A stretch of DNA of 64,000 nt from Eledone cirrhosa (GCA_964016885.1 OZ024743.1:253518001-253582000); one strand, 5' to 3'. Shown: positions 27,853-42,126, counted from the stretch's first letter. Numbers and translations: made by a program. The notes: generated by a model from the sequence alone, not told the origin.

Positions 27853-30800
27853 TCTCAGAATGGGCAGTATAAATGCGCATGGCTTGGGGTCGTCATGGAA
27901 GCAGGGTCACCTGCTCAACGACCTCAGGTCACTAAATATAGATGTAGTGGCCATCAGCGAGACCAGAATCTCCGACGCACGGGCCTTCGCACCGATCTTC
28001 GGCGGCTACGATGTGTACGCATCTCCCAGCCGTCCTGGATCGGGGTGGGGGAGTTGCTGTGCTTTTTCGGAGATGTTTGGATCTCGCCATACGGGCCATC
28101 TTCCTGGACCCAAAGGGTAAGTTGGTGGTGCTGGACGTGACCAGCGGAGACGGGCAAGCTTTCAGGCTAGTGGCCGTCTATGCCCCGACAGGAGCAGGGC
28201 GGCCTGATTTCTTCCGGCGTCTGTAGACCTTTCTTGGAACGACCCGCTATTTAGTGTTAGTGGGCGACTGGAACGGGATCTTAGATGCACGCTGGGACTG
28301 TGTGGGATTAGCGCATAGGGGTGGAGGGTGCAAGAGCCTCACCAACCTGCTCAGGCGTTTTGAACTGTCTGACAGGTACCGATTAGATTTCCCGAATGTG
28401 CCAATGTTGACTTGGACAAATCGCATAGGATCATCCAGATCATATCTAGATAGAGTATTTTGTAGGGAAATAGATAGGTCTAGCATAGGCTGTCCACAAT
28501 TCAAGATAGTCAGCTACACGGGCCACAAATTCGTGATCTGTGTGCTTGACTTAGATAGGCTTCATAGACGAGGACCCGGCTACTGGAAGCTAAACGCGTC
28601 GTTACAAGCGCGCAAGGCCTACAGAGACCGGATTAAACGAACTAGTTAAGCGGGCGTTGACGGGGGCCATCGTCAGCAAGTGGTGGTTTGCTCTGAAAAG
28701 AGGGATTAGAATAGAATCGATTAGGTTTAGTAAGGCTTTAGCAATATAGAAAAATAGAGCAGAGGGAGAACTAGTTAGAAAATTAGACGAGGCGCTTAGC
28801 AAAGGCATTGCGACCGACCTGCTTGCGGCGAAATTGGCCCTTGACCAATTATTCAATGCAAAGCCTGAAGGCTGCGTTGTCAGAGCTAGGGTGCGTGCTC
28901 TCAGACACGAGGGGATGAAAGCCGTTCCATGGGCTCGAGTGGCGGAGGCGCGTCGTGGCGACAAAGCCAAGATCCGGTCTTTGGTGGACCACGACGGGCG
29001 CATGCTACTCGATCCCGGGCAAATGTGTGAAGCTTTTCAGCGACACTTCGCTCAGCTGTTCTGGGGCAGCGGTGGGCCGGGTCGAAGGATGGACTTTAGT
29101 GTCTACCTCGACGGACTGCCGCGGCTCTCGGCCACTGAGGCGGAGTGTTGCGAAAAGCCGATAACAGCCGCTGAAGTAAGCGAGGCAATGACTGGCTGCA
29201 CAAGGGGCAAATCGCCTGGTTTGGATGGTCTGCCCTATGAACTTTACCTACAGATGCCAGACTTGTTCGGAGGCCTCTTGGCGGACGTGTACTGCAACTG
29301 GCAACAGAACGGGAGAATTCCCAGTTCTGTGAGCCGAGGAGCGATGGCACTGCTGAGAAAGGATCCGAACAAGGGGGATAACAGATAATTTCCGGCCCAT
29401 AACTCTGCTAAACAGAGTTCAAGATTTTGGCCAAGGTGCTAGCAAAGAGGTTGGCGCTTGTCGTTGGTGGTCTGGTGGGAGAGGCGCAGACATGCGCCAT
29501 TCCCGACAGATCCATCCACGACAACCTCCACCTCATGCGATACATCGTAGAGAGGGTAGCTAGGGAACCTGGCACGGGTGGGTCCTTGATCAATTTAGAT
29601 CAGTCGAAAGCTTTCGGTAGGGTCGACCATCGTTACCTAGCAGCAGTCCTGAGGGCCGCTGGCTTTGGGCCCGTCTTCAGAGGCTGGATCGCTGCCATGC
29701 ACAGCGACATCTGCTCTGTGGTGAGAGTGAACGGTCACCTTTCGGAACCGTTCAACATCATGCGCTCGGTTCGCCAAGGATGTCCCCTCTCATCCCTCTT
29801 TTTCGTATTGACTCTTGAGCCATTACTGCACAAACAGGAGACGTTGAGGGGCGTCCCGTGCGAACTAGGATGCGGAAGATCCGTGTCAGCATATGCGGAC
29901 GATGTTACCGTAGTGGTGTCGAACTCCAAACACATCGAGGCAATGGGCACTATACTAAGAGAATACGAAGCGGTGACAGGAGCAATGATCAACCAGGAAA
30001 AGTCAGTGGGCCTGCAGCTCAGCACCTCGAGAGGCAGGTCCATGCCGACCAACAGCATCGTCGGACGCTGGACGGACGGACCGGTTAAATTGCTAGGGGT
30101 CTGGTTCGGTCCGGACCTCCAGACGGACAAAAACTGTGACGAGGTGACGAGCAGTGTGGCTTCTCTCACCCAGAAATGGGCGGAGAGGAAGCTATCCCTG
30201 AAAGGTCGAGTAGAGGTGGCTAACGCGTACATCGCATCTGTCATCTACTACCGCCTGACCGTCGTAACTTGTCCTAAGCCCCGCCTGACTGCGCTGGAGC
30301 GTTTGCTCTTTCGCTTTTTGTGGAAGGGACGCGCTCCGATGGTCAGGCGGTCCATCTGCTGTCAACACCCGCTACGTGGAGGGCTGGGAATGCCGTGGAT
30401 GATGATGCGCAGACACGCGCTCAGGCTACGTCATCTCCACCTCTTCCTCGACGGTGATCAGATGTGGTCGCCGTTTGCTAGACACGTATTTCCCCAGCTC
30501 GTTTCCTTGACGGAGCTGCAGTCCTGGGTCAAGCGAAGACCGAGAGGGAGCGCCTGGTGACTGGAATGTCTTCAGGCGCTCACAGCCCTCGACCAATCGG
30601 GCAATGTGATCGCTGGAAACTCCATCTCGGCGTTCTATAGAAGATTAGTGGAGGGGAAGAGCGACGACGTACTTGGGGAAACTCTAGGCGTCGACGAAAA
30701 TCAACTAACCAATCTCTTCGGAAAACTTTCGGGCCGGCACCTATGGACAATTTCCAGAAATCTCTGGCCTGGCAATGCTACCGAGGAGCCTTGCCAGTTC

Positions 30801-31507
30801 GGGATAAACTCTACAGACATGGAGGTGCCGTCAGGCGGGCATGTCGGAGATGCGCGCAGGGCGACGAAACCGTCCTGCACGCACTTGTCCAGTGTCCGAA
30901 AATTGCTGACTTGTGGGTTTATGTCGAACACCTGCTTTCGCGTGTAGGACGGATCCGGCTATCATCTGAGTCCATCGTGAGGATTGCCTCACCCTCTTCC
31001 TTTAGCCGGGAAGGGAAGGCAGTTTTTATCTGTCTGGTGGCCATAGCGAAAGAGATAGTATGGTGGACACGTTTGAAAGGGCTGAAGACGAGCATTTACC
31101 TCTTCGGTGATGCCCTGATTGACTTTTTCAAATTTCGTTTGAAAAGGGAAATCAGAGTAGAGAGGGAAGTGCTCTCTTCCCAGCATTTTGTTGAAAGATG
31201 GGTGAGAGAAGCTAGAATGGCCTGAGTGAATGGGCCTACTCTGAGTACGTATCTGTAAATTAAAGCTGGAACACTGGGAGAGGGCACTTGCCTTGGTGGT
31301 CAGGGTCTCTGTGGCCTTTTACTGGGCTTTTTCCACAAATGTCTCTTCGAAGTCTCCCCCTTATTGGGGAATTTTTCATTGTTATTTTTTGTTACATTCT
31401 CTGTTTTTGTTTTTTACACGCAGAAATGCCCATTTGTACCGTCCTGTATTGTCCTGCACTCTCCTTAATGTCTACTTTATGTAAACCCTTGTGGTTAATA
31501 AAGAAAT
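27853..31507 (+). mobile_element. Tx1/L1-clade LINE: frameshifted full ORF2 plus 3' UTR, ORF1 absent
   Basis: APE motifs (SINAHGL, SET, VYAP, GDWN, LDRV), RT (KSPGLDG, LDQSKAF, VRQGCPLS, YADD about 29892), CCHC (CRRC..GDETVLHALVQC); AATAAA at 31497 then (ATT)n. Confidence 0.92.
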
Positions 31508-31597
31508 CATTATTATCATAATTATTATTATTGTTGTTTTTGTTATCTTTATCATTAGTAATGTCATTATCAATAAAAATCATCATTATTATTAGTA

Positions 31598-31895
31598 GTA
31601 ACTTTGCCTTTCATCCTTATGGGGTTGATAAAATAAAGTACCAGTAATACACTGGGTAATTGCTGGCCTTGTTTCCAAAACTAGAAACAATTATTATTAG
31701 TAGTAATAGGGCGGTGGATTGGCAGTATCGGTAGAGGGTCGGACGCCATGCTTTCCAGCATAGTTACGTCCCTTTACGATCTGAGTTCAAATCCCGCCGA
31801 GTTTGACTTTGCCTTTCATCCTTACGGGGTCGATAAAATAAAGTACCACTAATGCACTGGGTAATTGTTGGCCTTGTGCCTAAAGTAGAAACAAT
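31598..31895 (+). mobile_element. Tandem SINE family 1 copies (one partial, one full)
   Basis: Full copy ggcggtggattggcagtatcggtagag...gagttcaaatcccgccgag...gtagaaac, nearly identical to 54232-54417. Confidence 0.85.
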
Positions 31896-32984
31896 TATTA
31901 GTAGTAATATTAATGGCAGTGTGTTGCAATCTTTTCCATCCTAAATGTTAACAGAAATTCTGTTTGGGTAATTCTCCATATCACCCCCACCCACAACCAC
32001 ACACGAAATGAAGAAAAGGAAACAAAATTCCAAAATGAAAAGAGAAAGATGATAAAAGATCATCATTCATAATCATTGCAGTTATCACTTTCATCGACAT
32101 CCCCCTCCTCCGTCAATTACACACACTCTGCTTCTCCGCATTTACACATACATTCCCCCCTCCACTTCCTCTTCCTCTCCTCTTCCTCCCCACTTTCTCC
32201 CCTCTTCCTACCCCTCTTCCTCCCCCTCTTCCGCCTCCGTCCGATACACATATTCCTCTACTACTCTTCCTACTCAACCATCAATTATATTTTCAGCGGT
32301 TTATCTCCTAATTAATATTGTATTAATTGATATCATTATGCCTTTTGTATTCGATGACACAGTTTGTCACAAAAAACCCCTCTTTCCCCATTATAGTATC
32401 CATTTTCTTCTACTTCTCTGTCTTTTCTCCTTCCTCTTTTTCTCTTTTCCGTTCTCTCCTCCTCCTCCTACACCCCCAGCCCCTCCTCCTATTTTCCTTT
32501 CTCGCCTCAATATAGCAGGAAACAATAGAATATTGTTATCTTCTATAGTGACCCTTTTATGTTTTCCTGCCAAACTCTGCTCATCATATGTAATAGAAGA
32601 ACTATTATAATCCAAAACCCCAACTCTCTATATTTATCCCATCCCCGAATATTCACCGCCATATCTTCCTCTGTTTCCTCTCCACACATCTTATCAGATT
32701 CATCTTCCTCTTTCTCCTCCGTCGTGTTAATTGTTCTCTTATTATCGTCATTATCGCCCCAACTGTCATTGACGTTATCATTGTCCTCAACATCATCATC
32801 AACGTCGTCGTCAGCTCCATCACTATTGTTGTATTTATTGTCATCGTCGTCATCATCATCATCATCCTTATAAGGATTGTCAATAATATCAGCGACATTG
32901 TTATCATCATTATAGTAATCATCTTCATAGTCACCAGCAGTAACAACACTTTCCTCACCAACACTGCCACCACAATGTCCGCCA

Positions 32985-33018
32985 TCATCGTCATCATTGT
33001 CACCATCATCATCATTAC

Positions 33019-33072
<54 letters not shown>

Positions 33073-33078
33073 AGTCAC

Positions 33079-33147
<69 letters not shown>

Positions 33148-33210
33148 TATCATCATCATCATCATCGTCATCATCACCATCATCATCATCATCATCCTCA
33201 TCATCATCAT
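32985..33210. repeat. (CAT)n microsatellite
   Basis: Direct reading; source of the poly-M and poly-I ORFs. Confidence 0.95.
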
Positions 33211-33521
33211 CTACGGAACAACCAACTCCTCACAAGTATCACAATCACATTCTGTCATCCACTTCATCACAGTCCTCATTATCTACCACAACCTAAACAA
33301 CCAATACCACTAGTATTGTCGTCAACTGCGTCATTAACCCTGTTATCAATGGTGGACATTTAAAAGATTATTCAATAAAATGTTCTGTTATTTTGAAACG
33401 GTTACTGTTTTTTTTAACCTGCGCAATTTATAACATACAGATACACACGCATGCATGGTATATATATATCACCTTGATCGACCATATATAGGTCTGTGTG
33501 TGTGTATATATATATTTATAT

Positions 33522-33604
<83 letters not shown>

Positions 33605-33659
33605 TTAAAAAAATAATGAATAAAACAATGAAACAGTTCCTTATATTAAACAAAAAAAG

Positions 33660-33812
33660 TTCATTATTTAACGATCGTTTCTAGGACATATATGTGTTAG
33701 AATTGGTATGCATATTTAACAGATCTATGTACAAAATTATACAAAATTATACAAATTATCAAATATAATATACATACCAACACATACATATGCCGTCTTC
33801 AGAAATAATGAA
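33660..33812 (-). ncRNA. Type I HHR (family C, inverted arm)
   Basis: ttcattattt-CTGAAGA-long stem II-GAAA-cgatcg-TT-aaataatgaa; 10-bp perfect stem I. Confidence 0.8.
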
Positions 33813-34182
33813 ATATATTTATTGATAATAACAACAATTCAAAATTACAGGTCTGTTTGGGAACAGAGTTCAAATTAACCAATGAAATACACAAAAATAT
33901 ATCAAGAAAATACAGTTAGGTGTGTGTATATATGTAAGTAACTTTGTTCACAGATATGCATAAAGATATATGTTCACATGCATACGCATGTCGAAAAAAT
34001 GTTTGTAAATACAAAAATTCAGGGCTAATGTCTCTGTATGTTTATAATCTACAGATAAAATACACATACGCATATAAACATATATAGATTTCAATATACA
34101 CACATATATATAGATTCACCCCCACACGCGCATATACACATAAATATACACATACCCACGAACATACACACACACACACACA

Positions 34183-34225
<43 letters not shown>

Positions 34226-34831
34226 GTATATATTATTATTATAACTATATGGATATTTAGGCGCACATATAAACACTGCCACATATATTTTTACATCAAA
34301 ATGCAGAAGTGGGTAGGGGGGTCAGTAGTTAGTAAGGGTGTCAGATAAACTGCCTATTTATAAAATGTATCTATAAATTTAGAAACAAAAAGAAATATAT
34401 TAAAAAAATATATTAAAAAAATATATATATATAAACAAGTAAATTATATACTCATACATAAAATACACACCGATATACGCATATATATATATATATACAT
34501 ACACATACACATATACATATATATATATATAGATATATATATATACATATATACACATACATATATATATACATATATACACATACATATATACACACAT
34601 ACATACACACATACATACATAGAGACACATACATATACATATATAAATACATAGACACACATACAAACACACATATATATATATATACACATATATTCAC
34701 AACGCACATACATATATACACATATATGTATACACACATACACACATATATATATATATATACATACATACAGACAGACACATATATATACACACACATA
34801 TACACACATATATACATATATATATACACAT

Positions 34832-34864
<33 letters not shown>

Positions 34865-35009
34865 CACTCACAACACACACATACATATACGTATATATAC
34901 ACACACATACACATATCCATGTATGTATATACACATACAACCACACGCTCACACAACTCAGACATACATAAATAAAGAGATATACATAATCTACATTCAT
35001 TTCTATTAT

Positions 35010-35657
35010 TTTGATAAGGAAGTTTTCTCTAGAGAAAAACTTCCCGCCAAACCACAAATACCATCAAATCTTAAATAGGTCAACAGTTAAATTCTCATAC
35101 TCAACAACCAAAAACATAAAACAAAATATAAGTGCCTATAATGCATATAAATGTAAAAAAAACCCATAAATATAACACCAATACATCAAACTAACCATAA
35201 TATCTCCTCAAATACAGAATTAACGAAAGGTTGTAACTGTAGAAACAAAGCAAACTGCCCATTGAAAGGAAATTGTCTTGTTAACAACATAGTTTATAAA
35301 TGTAAAGTTAAAACTAAAGATTCTATTTGCTCATATATAGGAGCTACTTCTAACAATTTTAAGGTAAGGTTTAATACCCACAAACATAGTTTTAAAAATG
35401 CCGCACTGGCTAACACAACATCTCTAGCAGAAAAAATTAATAGTTATAGAAATAAGAATATAGAATATGATATGACCTGGAGTGTGCTCAAAAGGGCCAC
35501 CCCTTATCAAAATAATAGAAATGAATGTAGATTATGTTCCCAAGAACTATTTGAAATAATGAAATCTAAGGATATCCTATTAAATAAGCGACAGGAATTA
35601 ATTATATCGTGTAATCATAAACTGAGAAAAACATTTAAATATTATAAACCTAATTAA
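35010..35657 (+). pseudogene. Penelope linker and GIY-YIG endonuclease domain
   Basis: [39 protein letters not shown]...YIG.T..FK.RF..H, CRLCSQE, LLNKRQEL..C.H. Confidence 0.88.
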
Positions 35658-36520
35658 TAATATATGTTTTAGAAATTAATATATAATTTAATTTAAATGT
35701 AGTTAACCTATAAATTTAATTTAATTAACATTCTAATACAGATGAGATTAAAAAATATTGTGTAATCATAAATAGTGAAAAACTTTTAAATATTATTAAC
35801 ATAATTAATATATACTTTGTAAATTAATTTATAGATTAATCTTAGTTTATTTAACCTTTTATTAAAATTCCTTTACAGATGAAATATAACAAAATATCGT
35901 GTAATCAATAACAGAGAGATCTTTTTTAATATTATAAACCTAATTAATGTACATTTTAGAAACTTATTTATAAATTAATTTTAATTTAGTTAACCTATAA
36001 TTTTTATTTTTATTTAATTAGCTTAAAATTAAAACTCCTATACAGATGGATTGCTGAATATCATGCAATCATAAACTGAGATAAATTTTTATATATACCT
36101 AATTAATATATTCTTTACAATTAAATTTATATATATATATATATATATATATACATTATTTTTAATTTTTGTTAACCTACTATTATATTCTACTATAGAT
36201 AAAATACAAAATCTGTTTTAATTATTATTAATCTAATTAACATATACTATAGAATCTAATATATTATTTTTTAATTTAGTTAACCTATAATTTATATTCT
36301 ACTACCGATGAAATACTTGATTTGGTTTTCCCTATTACTAAATTCATTTCCTAATATTGATACCATAATGTAAATATTTTAATTTACTTATGATATAATT
36401 AATACTCTACTACTGTTTCACTTCAAAATTCCGCTTCAAATATTATAAACCTAAGTAGTATACACCTTAGAAATCAATATATTAACTAATTTTAATTTAG
36501 TTAACCTTTAATTAATAGTC
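35600..36520 (+). repeat. Degenerate AT-rich tandem array in the Penelope 3' UTR
   Basis: Recurring atatcgtgtaatcat..ttataaacctaattaat..ttagttaacct..cagatga units of about 100-160 bp. Confidence 0.65.
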
Positions 36521-36813
36521 TACTTATATTAAAATGCATAATTTTGCCTTCTTTCTTACATTTCCTAATACTGAAACTACTATGTAAACATATATTATGA
36601 TCTAAATGCAGATTAATATTCTATGTTCCTTGAAATTTATTTTACTATTTCCCACTAATAATTTTAATCCCGCCCCCCCCCCCCCCCCCCTCGTATAATT
36701 ATTTGTATTTGTAAGTGTGGATGAATGTATGTGTATGTAAGTAAGTATGTATGTTTAGGTGTTTAAATGTGAGTATAAAAATACATATGTGCGCATGTAA
36801 ATAAGTGTCTATG

Positions 36814-36856
<43 letters not shown>

Positions 36857-37083
36857 GTATGTATATGTGTGTATATATATGTGTATATATATATGTGTGT
36901 GTATATATGTGTCTATATGTAAGTATGTGTGTATGTATATATGTATGTGTGCGTATGTATGTGTGTGTATATATATTTGTAGAGATGTATGTATGTATAT
37001 ATATATATATATATGTGTGCATAATTGTCTGACTGTGTGTATTTATTTATTTATTTATTTTTTTTTTTATATATATTTTTATA

Positions 37084-37133
<50 letters not shown>

Positions 37134-37674
37134 AGTGTATGTATATTTGTGTGTGTGTGTGTGTGTGTATATATATTTATGTGTATATATATGTATATAT
37201 ATATGCATATATATATATATATATATATGTGTATATGTGTGTATGTATATCTCTTTATTTATGTATGTCTGAGTTGTGTGAGCGTGTGGTTGTATGTGTA
37301 TATACATACATGGATATATGTATGTGTGTGTATATATACGTGTATGTATGTGTGTGTGTGTGTTGTGTGTGTATATATATATGTGTGTGTATGTGTATAT
37401 ACATATGTATATATGTGTGTATATGTGTGTGTATATATATGTGTCTGTATGTATATATGTATATATATATATATGTGTGTATGTGTGTATACATATATGT
37501 GTATATATGTATGTGTGTTGTGAATATATGTGTATATATATATATATGTGTGTTTGTATGTGTGTCTATGTATTTATATATGTATATGTATGTGTCTCTA
37601 TGTATGTATGTGTGTATGTATGTGTGTATATATGTATGTGTATATAGGTATATATATATGTATGTATATATATG

Positions 37675-37705
<31 letters not shown>

Positions 37706-38385
37706 GTATATGTGTATGTGTATGTATATATATATATATATGCGTATATCGGTGTGTATTTTATGTATGAGTATATAATTTACTTGTTTATATATATATA
37801 TTTTTTTAATATATTTTTTTAATATATTTCTTTTTGTTTCTAAATTTATAGATACATTTTATAAATAGGCAGTTTATCTGACACCCTTACTAACTACTGA
37901 CCCCCCTACCCACTTCTGCATTTTGATGTAAAAATATATGTGGCAGTGTTTATATGTGCGCCTAAATATCCATATAGTTATAATAATAATATATACATAT
38001 ATGTGTGTGTGTGTGTGAGTGTGTGTGTGTGTATGTTCGTGGGTATGTGTATATTTATGTGTATATGCGCGTGTGGGGGTGAATCTATATATATGTGTGT
38101 ATATTGAAATCTATATATGTTTATATGCGTATGTGTATTTTATCTGTAGATTATAAACATACAGAGACATTAGCCCTGAATTTTTGTATTTACATACATT
38201 TTTTCGACATGCGTATGCATGTGAACATATATCTTTATGCATATCTGTGAACAAAGTTACTTACATATATACACACACCTAACTGTATTTTCTTGATATA
38301 TTTTTGTGTATTTCATTGTTCAATTTGAACTCTGTTCCCAAACAGACCTGTCATTTTGAATTGTTGTTATTATCAATAAATATAT

Positions 38386-38538
38386 TTCATTATTTCTGAA
38401 GACTGCATATGTATGTGTTGGTATGTATTTTATATTTGATAATTTGTATAATTTTGTATAATTTTGTACATAGATCTGTTAAATATGCATACCAATTCTA
38501 ACACATATATGTCCTAGAAACGATCGTTAAATAATGAA
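38386..38538 (+). ncRNA. Type I HHR (family C, sense arm downstream of GIY-YIG)
   Basis: ttcattattt-CTGAAGA-...-GAAA-cgatcg-TT-aaataatgaa; palindromic stem III. Confidence 0.8.
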
Positions 38539-38733
38539 CTTTTTTTGTTTAATATAAGGAACTGTTTCATTGTTTTATTCATTATTTTTTTAATATTTTA
38601 TCTTGACTCTGTATTCCGTTTATCATTCACCGAAAGTGACTTTTGAATGCATCTCTTCTTTCCATGATATCCGGATTACATTGAGTTCTTCATACGGATT
38701 GGACACTACCGTAAACTCTTGGTAGATTTATCT

Positions 38734-38832
<99 letters not shown>

Positions 38833-39042
38833 TATATGCATTGTTATCTTTAGTACTGTCATACCTCCAGTAACTCTGTAATTTCTTCAATGATAACATT
38901 CTTCAACATTCTATAGAGAAAGATATAATTGATACCATTCCTGCTTAGTGAAGGCAAGATCGCCACGTTGAAATCAATCTTTTAGCTGTCACTATTGAGA
39001 AATTTCATTTATTTTAATTAATGACATATCTATATTATTATA

Positions 39043-39945
39043 AGGATTGGCAGAATCGGTAGAACGTCAGACACCCAGCTGCGATGCATTGAGTTATGTC
39101 CCTTGACATTCTGAGTTCAAATCCCGCCGAGGTTAACTTCGCCTTTCATCCTTACGGCGTCGATAAAATGAAGTAATAGTTGCAGACTGGGATCGATTTA
39201 ATTGACATTCCCCTCCACGTAAAATTGCTGGCCTTGTGCCTAAAATCAGAAAACATCATTATTATTATATAGTGGCGGTGGTTTGGCAGTATCGGTAGAG
39301 GGTCGCACACCATGCTTTGCAGCATAGAGTTACGGCCTTTATGCCGAGGTTAACTTTGCCTTTTATCCTTACAGGGTCGATAAAATAAAGTACCAGTCAC
39401 GCTCTGGGGTCGATTCAATCGACTTTCCCCTCCCCCAAAAATTGTTGGCCTTGTGCCTATGTAAGAAACCATTATTATTATTAGTCGGTAGATTATTATT
39501 ATTAGTCGGTATTAGGCGGTTGATTGGCAGTATCGATAGAGGGTCAGACACTATGACTTGCAGCATAGAGTTACGGCCCTTTATGGTCTGAGTTCAAATC
39601 CCGCCGAGGTTAACTTTGCCTTTCATCATTACGGGGTCGATAAACTAAAGCACCAGTAACGTAGTGGGGTCAATTTAATCGATTTTCCCCTCTCCCAAAA
39701 TTGCTTGCCTTGTGCCTATATAAGAAACCATTATTACTCGGTAGAGGGCCGGAGGCCATGCTTTACCGCATAGAGTTACGGCCCTTTATGATCTGAGTTC
39801 AAATCCTGCTGGGGTTAACTTTACCTTTCATCCTTACGGGGTCGGTAAAATAAAGTACCAGTCACGCTCTGGGGTCGATTCAATCGACTTTCCTCTCCCG
39901 TAAAATTGCTGGCCTTGTGCCTATATAAGAAACTATTATTACTCG
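39043..39945 (+). mobile_element. Head-to-tail cluster of 4-5 SINE family 1 copies separated by (ATT)n
   Basis: Repeated head ttggcagtatcggtagagggtc and core ttaactttgcctttcatccttacggggtcgataaa. Confidence 0.88.
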
Positions 39946-40376
39946 GTGACGGAAGCAGTGTGCTGCGAAAAACTGATAATTGTCGCTGAAATACGGGAGG
40001 CAATGACAAGTTACGTGAGGAAAAGAAAAACAGGGTGTAAAGGTAAGTGCTGCCTTCCAGCCAGTTTGTTGAAAGGGAGGTGGGAGAGGCAAAAATGGCC
40101 CGTGTGAATGGGCCTGCCCTGAGAAAATGGCTGTAGTATTGAAGGAGGACAACTGGGAGAGGGACCTTGCCCTAGCGGTCAGGGTGACCGTAGCTTTTGT
40201 GGGCTTTCTTCACGAGTATCCCTTGGAGTCTCCTCGTCCTTGGGGAATATATGTTTCTTTTTTTTTGTAACGTTCACTTTCTTAATCTTTATTATTCATC
40301 TTATTTGACACAAAATCCATACTTTATCGTTCTGTTTCGTCTTAATATCTCTTTAATCTGAGCCCTGTGTGGCTAG
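39945..40376 (+). mobile_element. Tx1-family 3'-end fragment
   Basis: Matches 31100-31495 (gtgaatgggcctg, gggagagggaccttgcc, ccctgtgtggcta). Confidence 0.7.
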
Positions 40377-40859
40377 ATTAGCATTATCGTTAGAGGGTCA
40401 GACGCTATGCTTTGTAGCATAGAGTTACAGCTCTTTGCGCCAAGGCGAACTTTGCCTTTCATCCTTACGACGCCGATAAAATAAAGCACCAGTAATGTAC
40501 TGGGATAATTGCTGGCCTTGTGCCAAAAGTTGGAACAATTATTATTATTATTGGTATTGAAGCATGGCCACGCATAGAATCGAATCTAGTTTTTTCAAGG
40601 AAATTTCACCTCTTTTTTTACATTCTCTAGGCTTAAATTTAAGTTTTAAACTTGATTAAACAAGTCTGACTGTTTTCTGCAGGTAGAATATTTCGTGTTG
40701 AAAGACACTCCCTGAGGGGAATGTCAATGATAACACCAACAACAAAACGGACTACGACACCAACAGCAGCAACCACAAAAACAACGTGAACAACAACATG
40801 AGCACATTCACCGCCGGCAGCTATAAAAAGGCCATATTTCCATATGGACTTAACAGACA

Positions 40860-41490
40860 ACGACTAACATTTAGCCAAGGTATGGAAGCTGATCAAACGT
40901 GAGAAAACGCTGGGCCAACCTAACGATCCCGTCCTAAGCGGTGGAGGAAAAGCAGCGTAGGGCAATTATATTTAGATGTATTTCGGTGCGGATCCATAAA
41001 GTTGAACTTAGCCCACAAGCTGAGGTAGATACGTAGAAAGACCAGACTTGTGCTCTGATCTCCTCGAAGAGGTCTACAGCAACTGACAGTAGAACAGTAG
41101 TAATCACAGTCCTGTGAACCGGGGCGTAGTAACGCTGAAGAAGAAAGACTAGAACAAGAGGGATACTTTAGATAATTGCAGGGACATAACTATGTTTAGC
41201 ACAGAATTTAAGATTTTTTCCAAGGTGTTAGCGAAAAGGTTGGCGCAAGTCGTCGAGGGTCTTGTAGAGCAGGCAGTTTTCTTCTGTCTAGTGGCGGTAG
41301 CGAAAGCGGTTGTGTGGTGGACCATGTTGAAAGGACTGAAGACAGAGACTTTTCTCTTCGGCCAATCCCTCATCAATGTATTCAAGTTCCACTTGGAAAG
41401 GAAGGTGAGAGTAGGGAGGGAAATGCTGCCCGCCATTACATTTGGTAAAAGTTAGGTGAATGTTGCAAGAATCGCCCTTGTGAATGGCCC
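40860..41490 (+). mobile_element. Internally deleted Tx1-family relic
   Basis: TEFKIFSKVLAKRLA (compare 29410-29480) is fused directly to AVFFCLVAVAK..WWT (compare 31020). Confidence 0.8.
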
Positions 41491-41500
41491 TATTCCTTCG

Positions 41501-42003
<503 letters not shown>

Positions 42004-42046
42004 ATATATATATATGTATATGTATTTGTATATATATATGTATATG

Positions 42047-42126
<80 letters not shown>

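Larger units (their letters stand above)
33597..38600 (+). mobile_element. 5'-truncated Penelope (family C) with an inverted copy of about 1.4 kb of its 3' end at the 5' side
   Basis: 33597-34985 is the reverse complement of about 37245-38600; the arms enclose linker and GIY-YIG coding sequence at about 35010-35657. Confidence 0.88.

Noticed and set aside
27853-31225. Active autonomous LINE
   Set aside because: Several frameshifts and stops, and no ORF1 or 5' UTR
32653-33313. Poly-Met/poly-Ile ORFs (also poly-Leu/Arg at 9680 and Thr/Ile-rich at 63636)
   Set aside because: Trinucleotide microsatellites
39043-39945. Regularly spaced repeats resembling a CRISPR array or tRNA cluster
   Set aside because: Units are SINEs of about 200 bp without unique spacers or a complete cloverleaf; eukaryotic context and no cas genes
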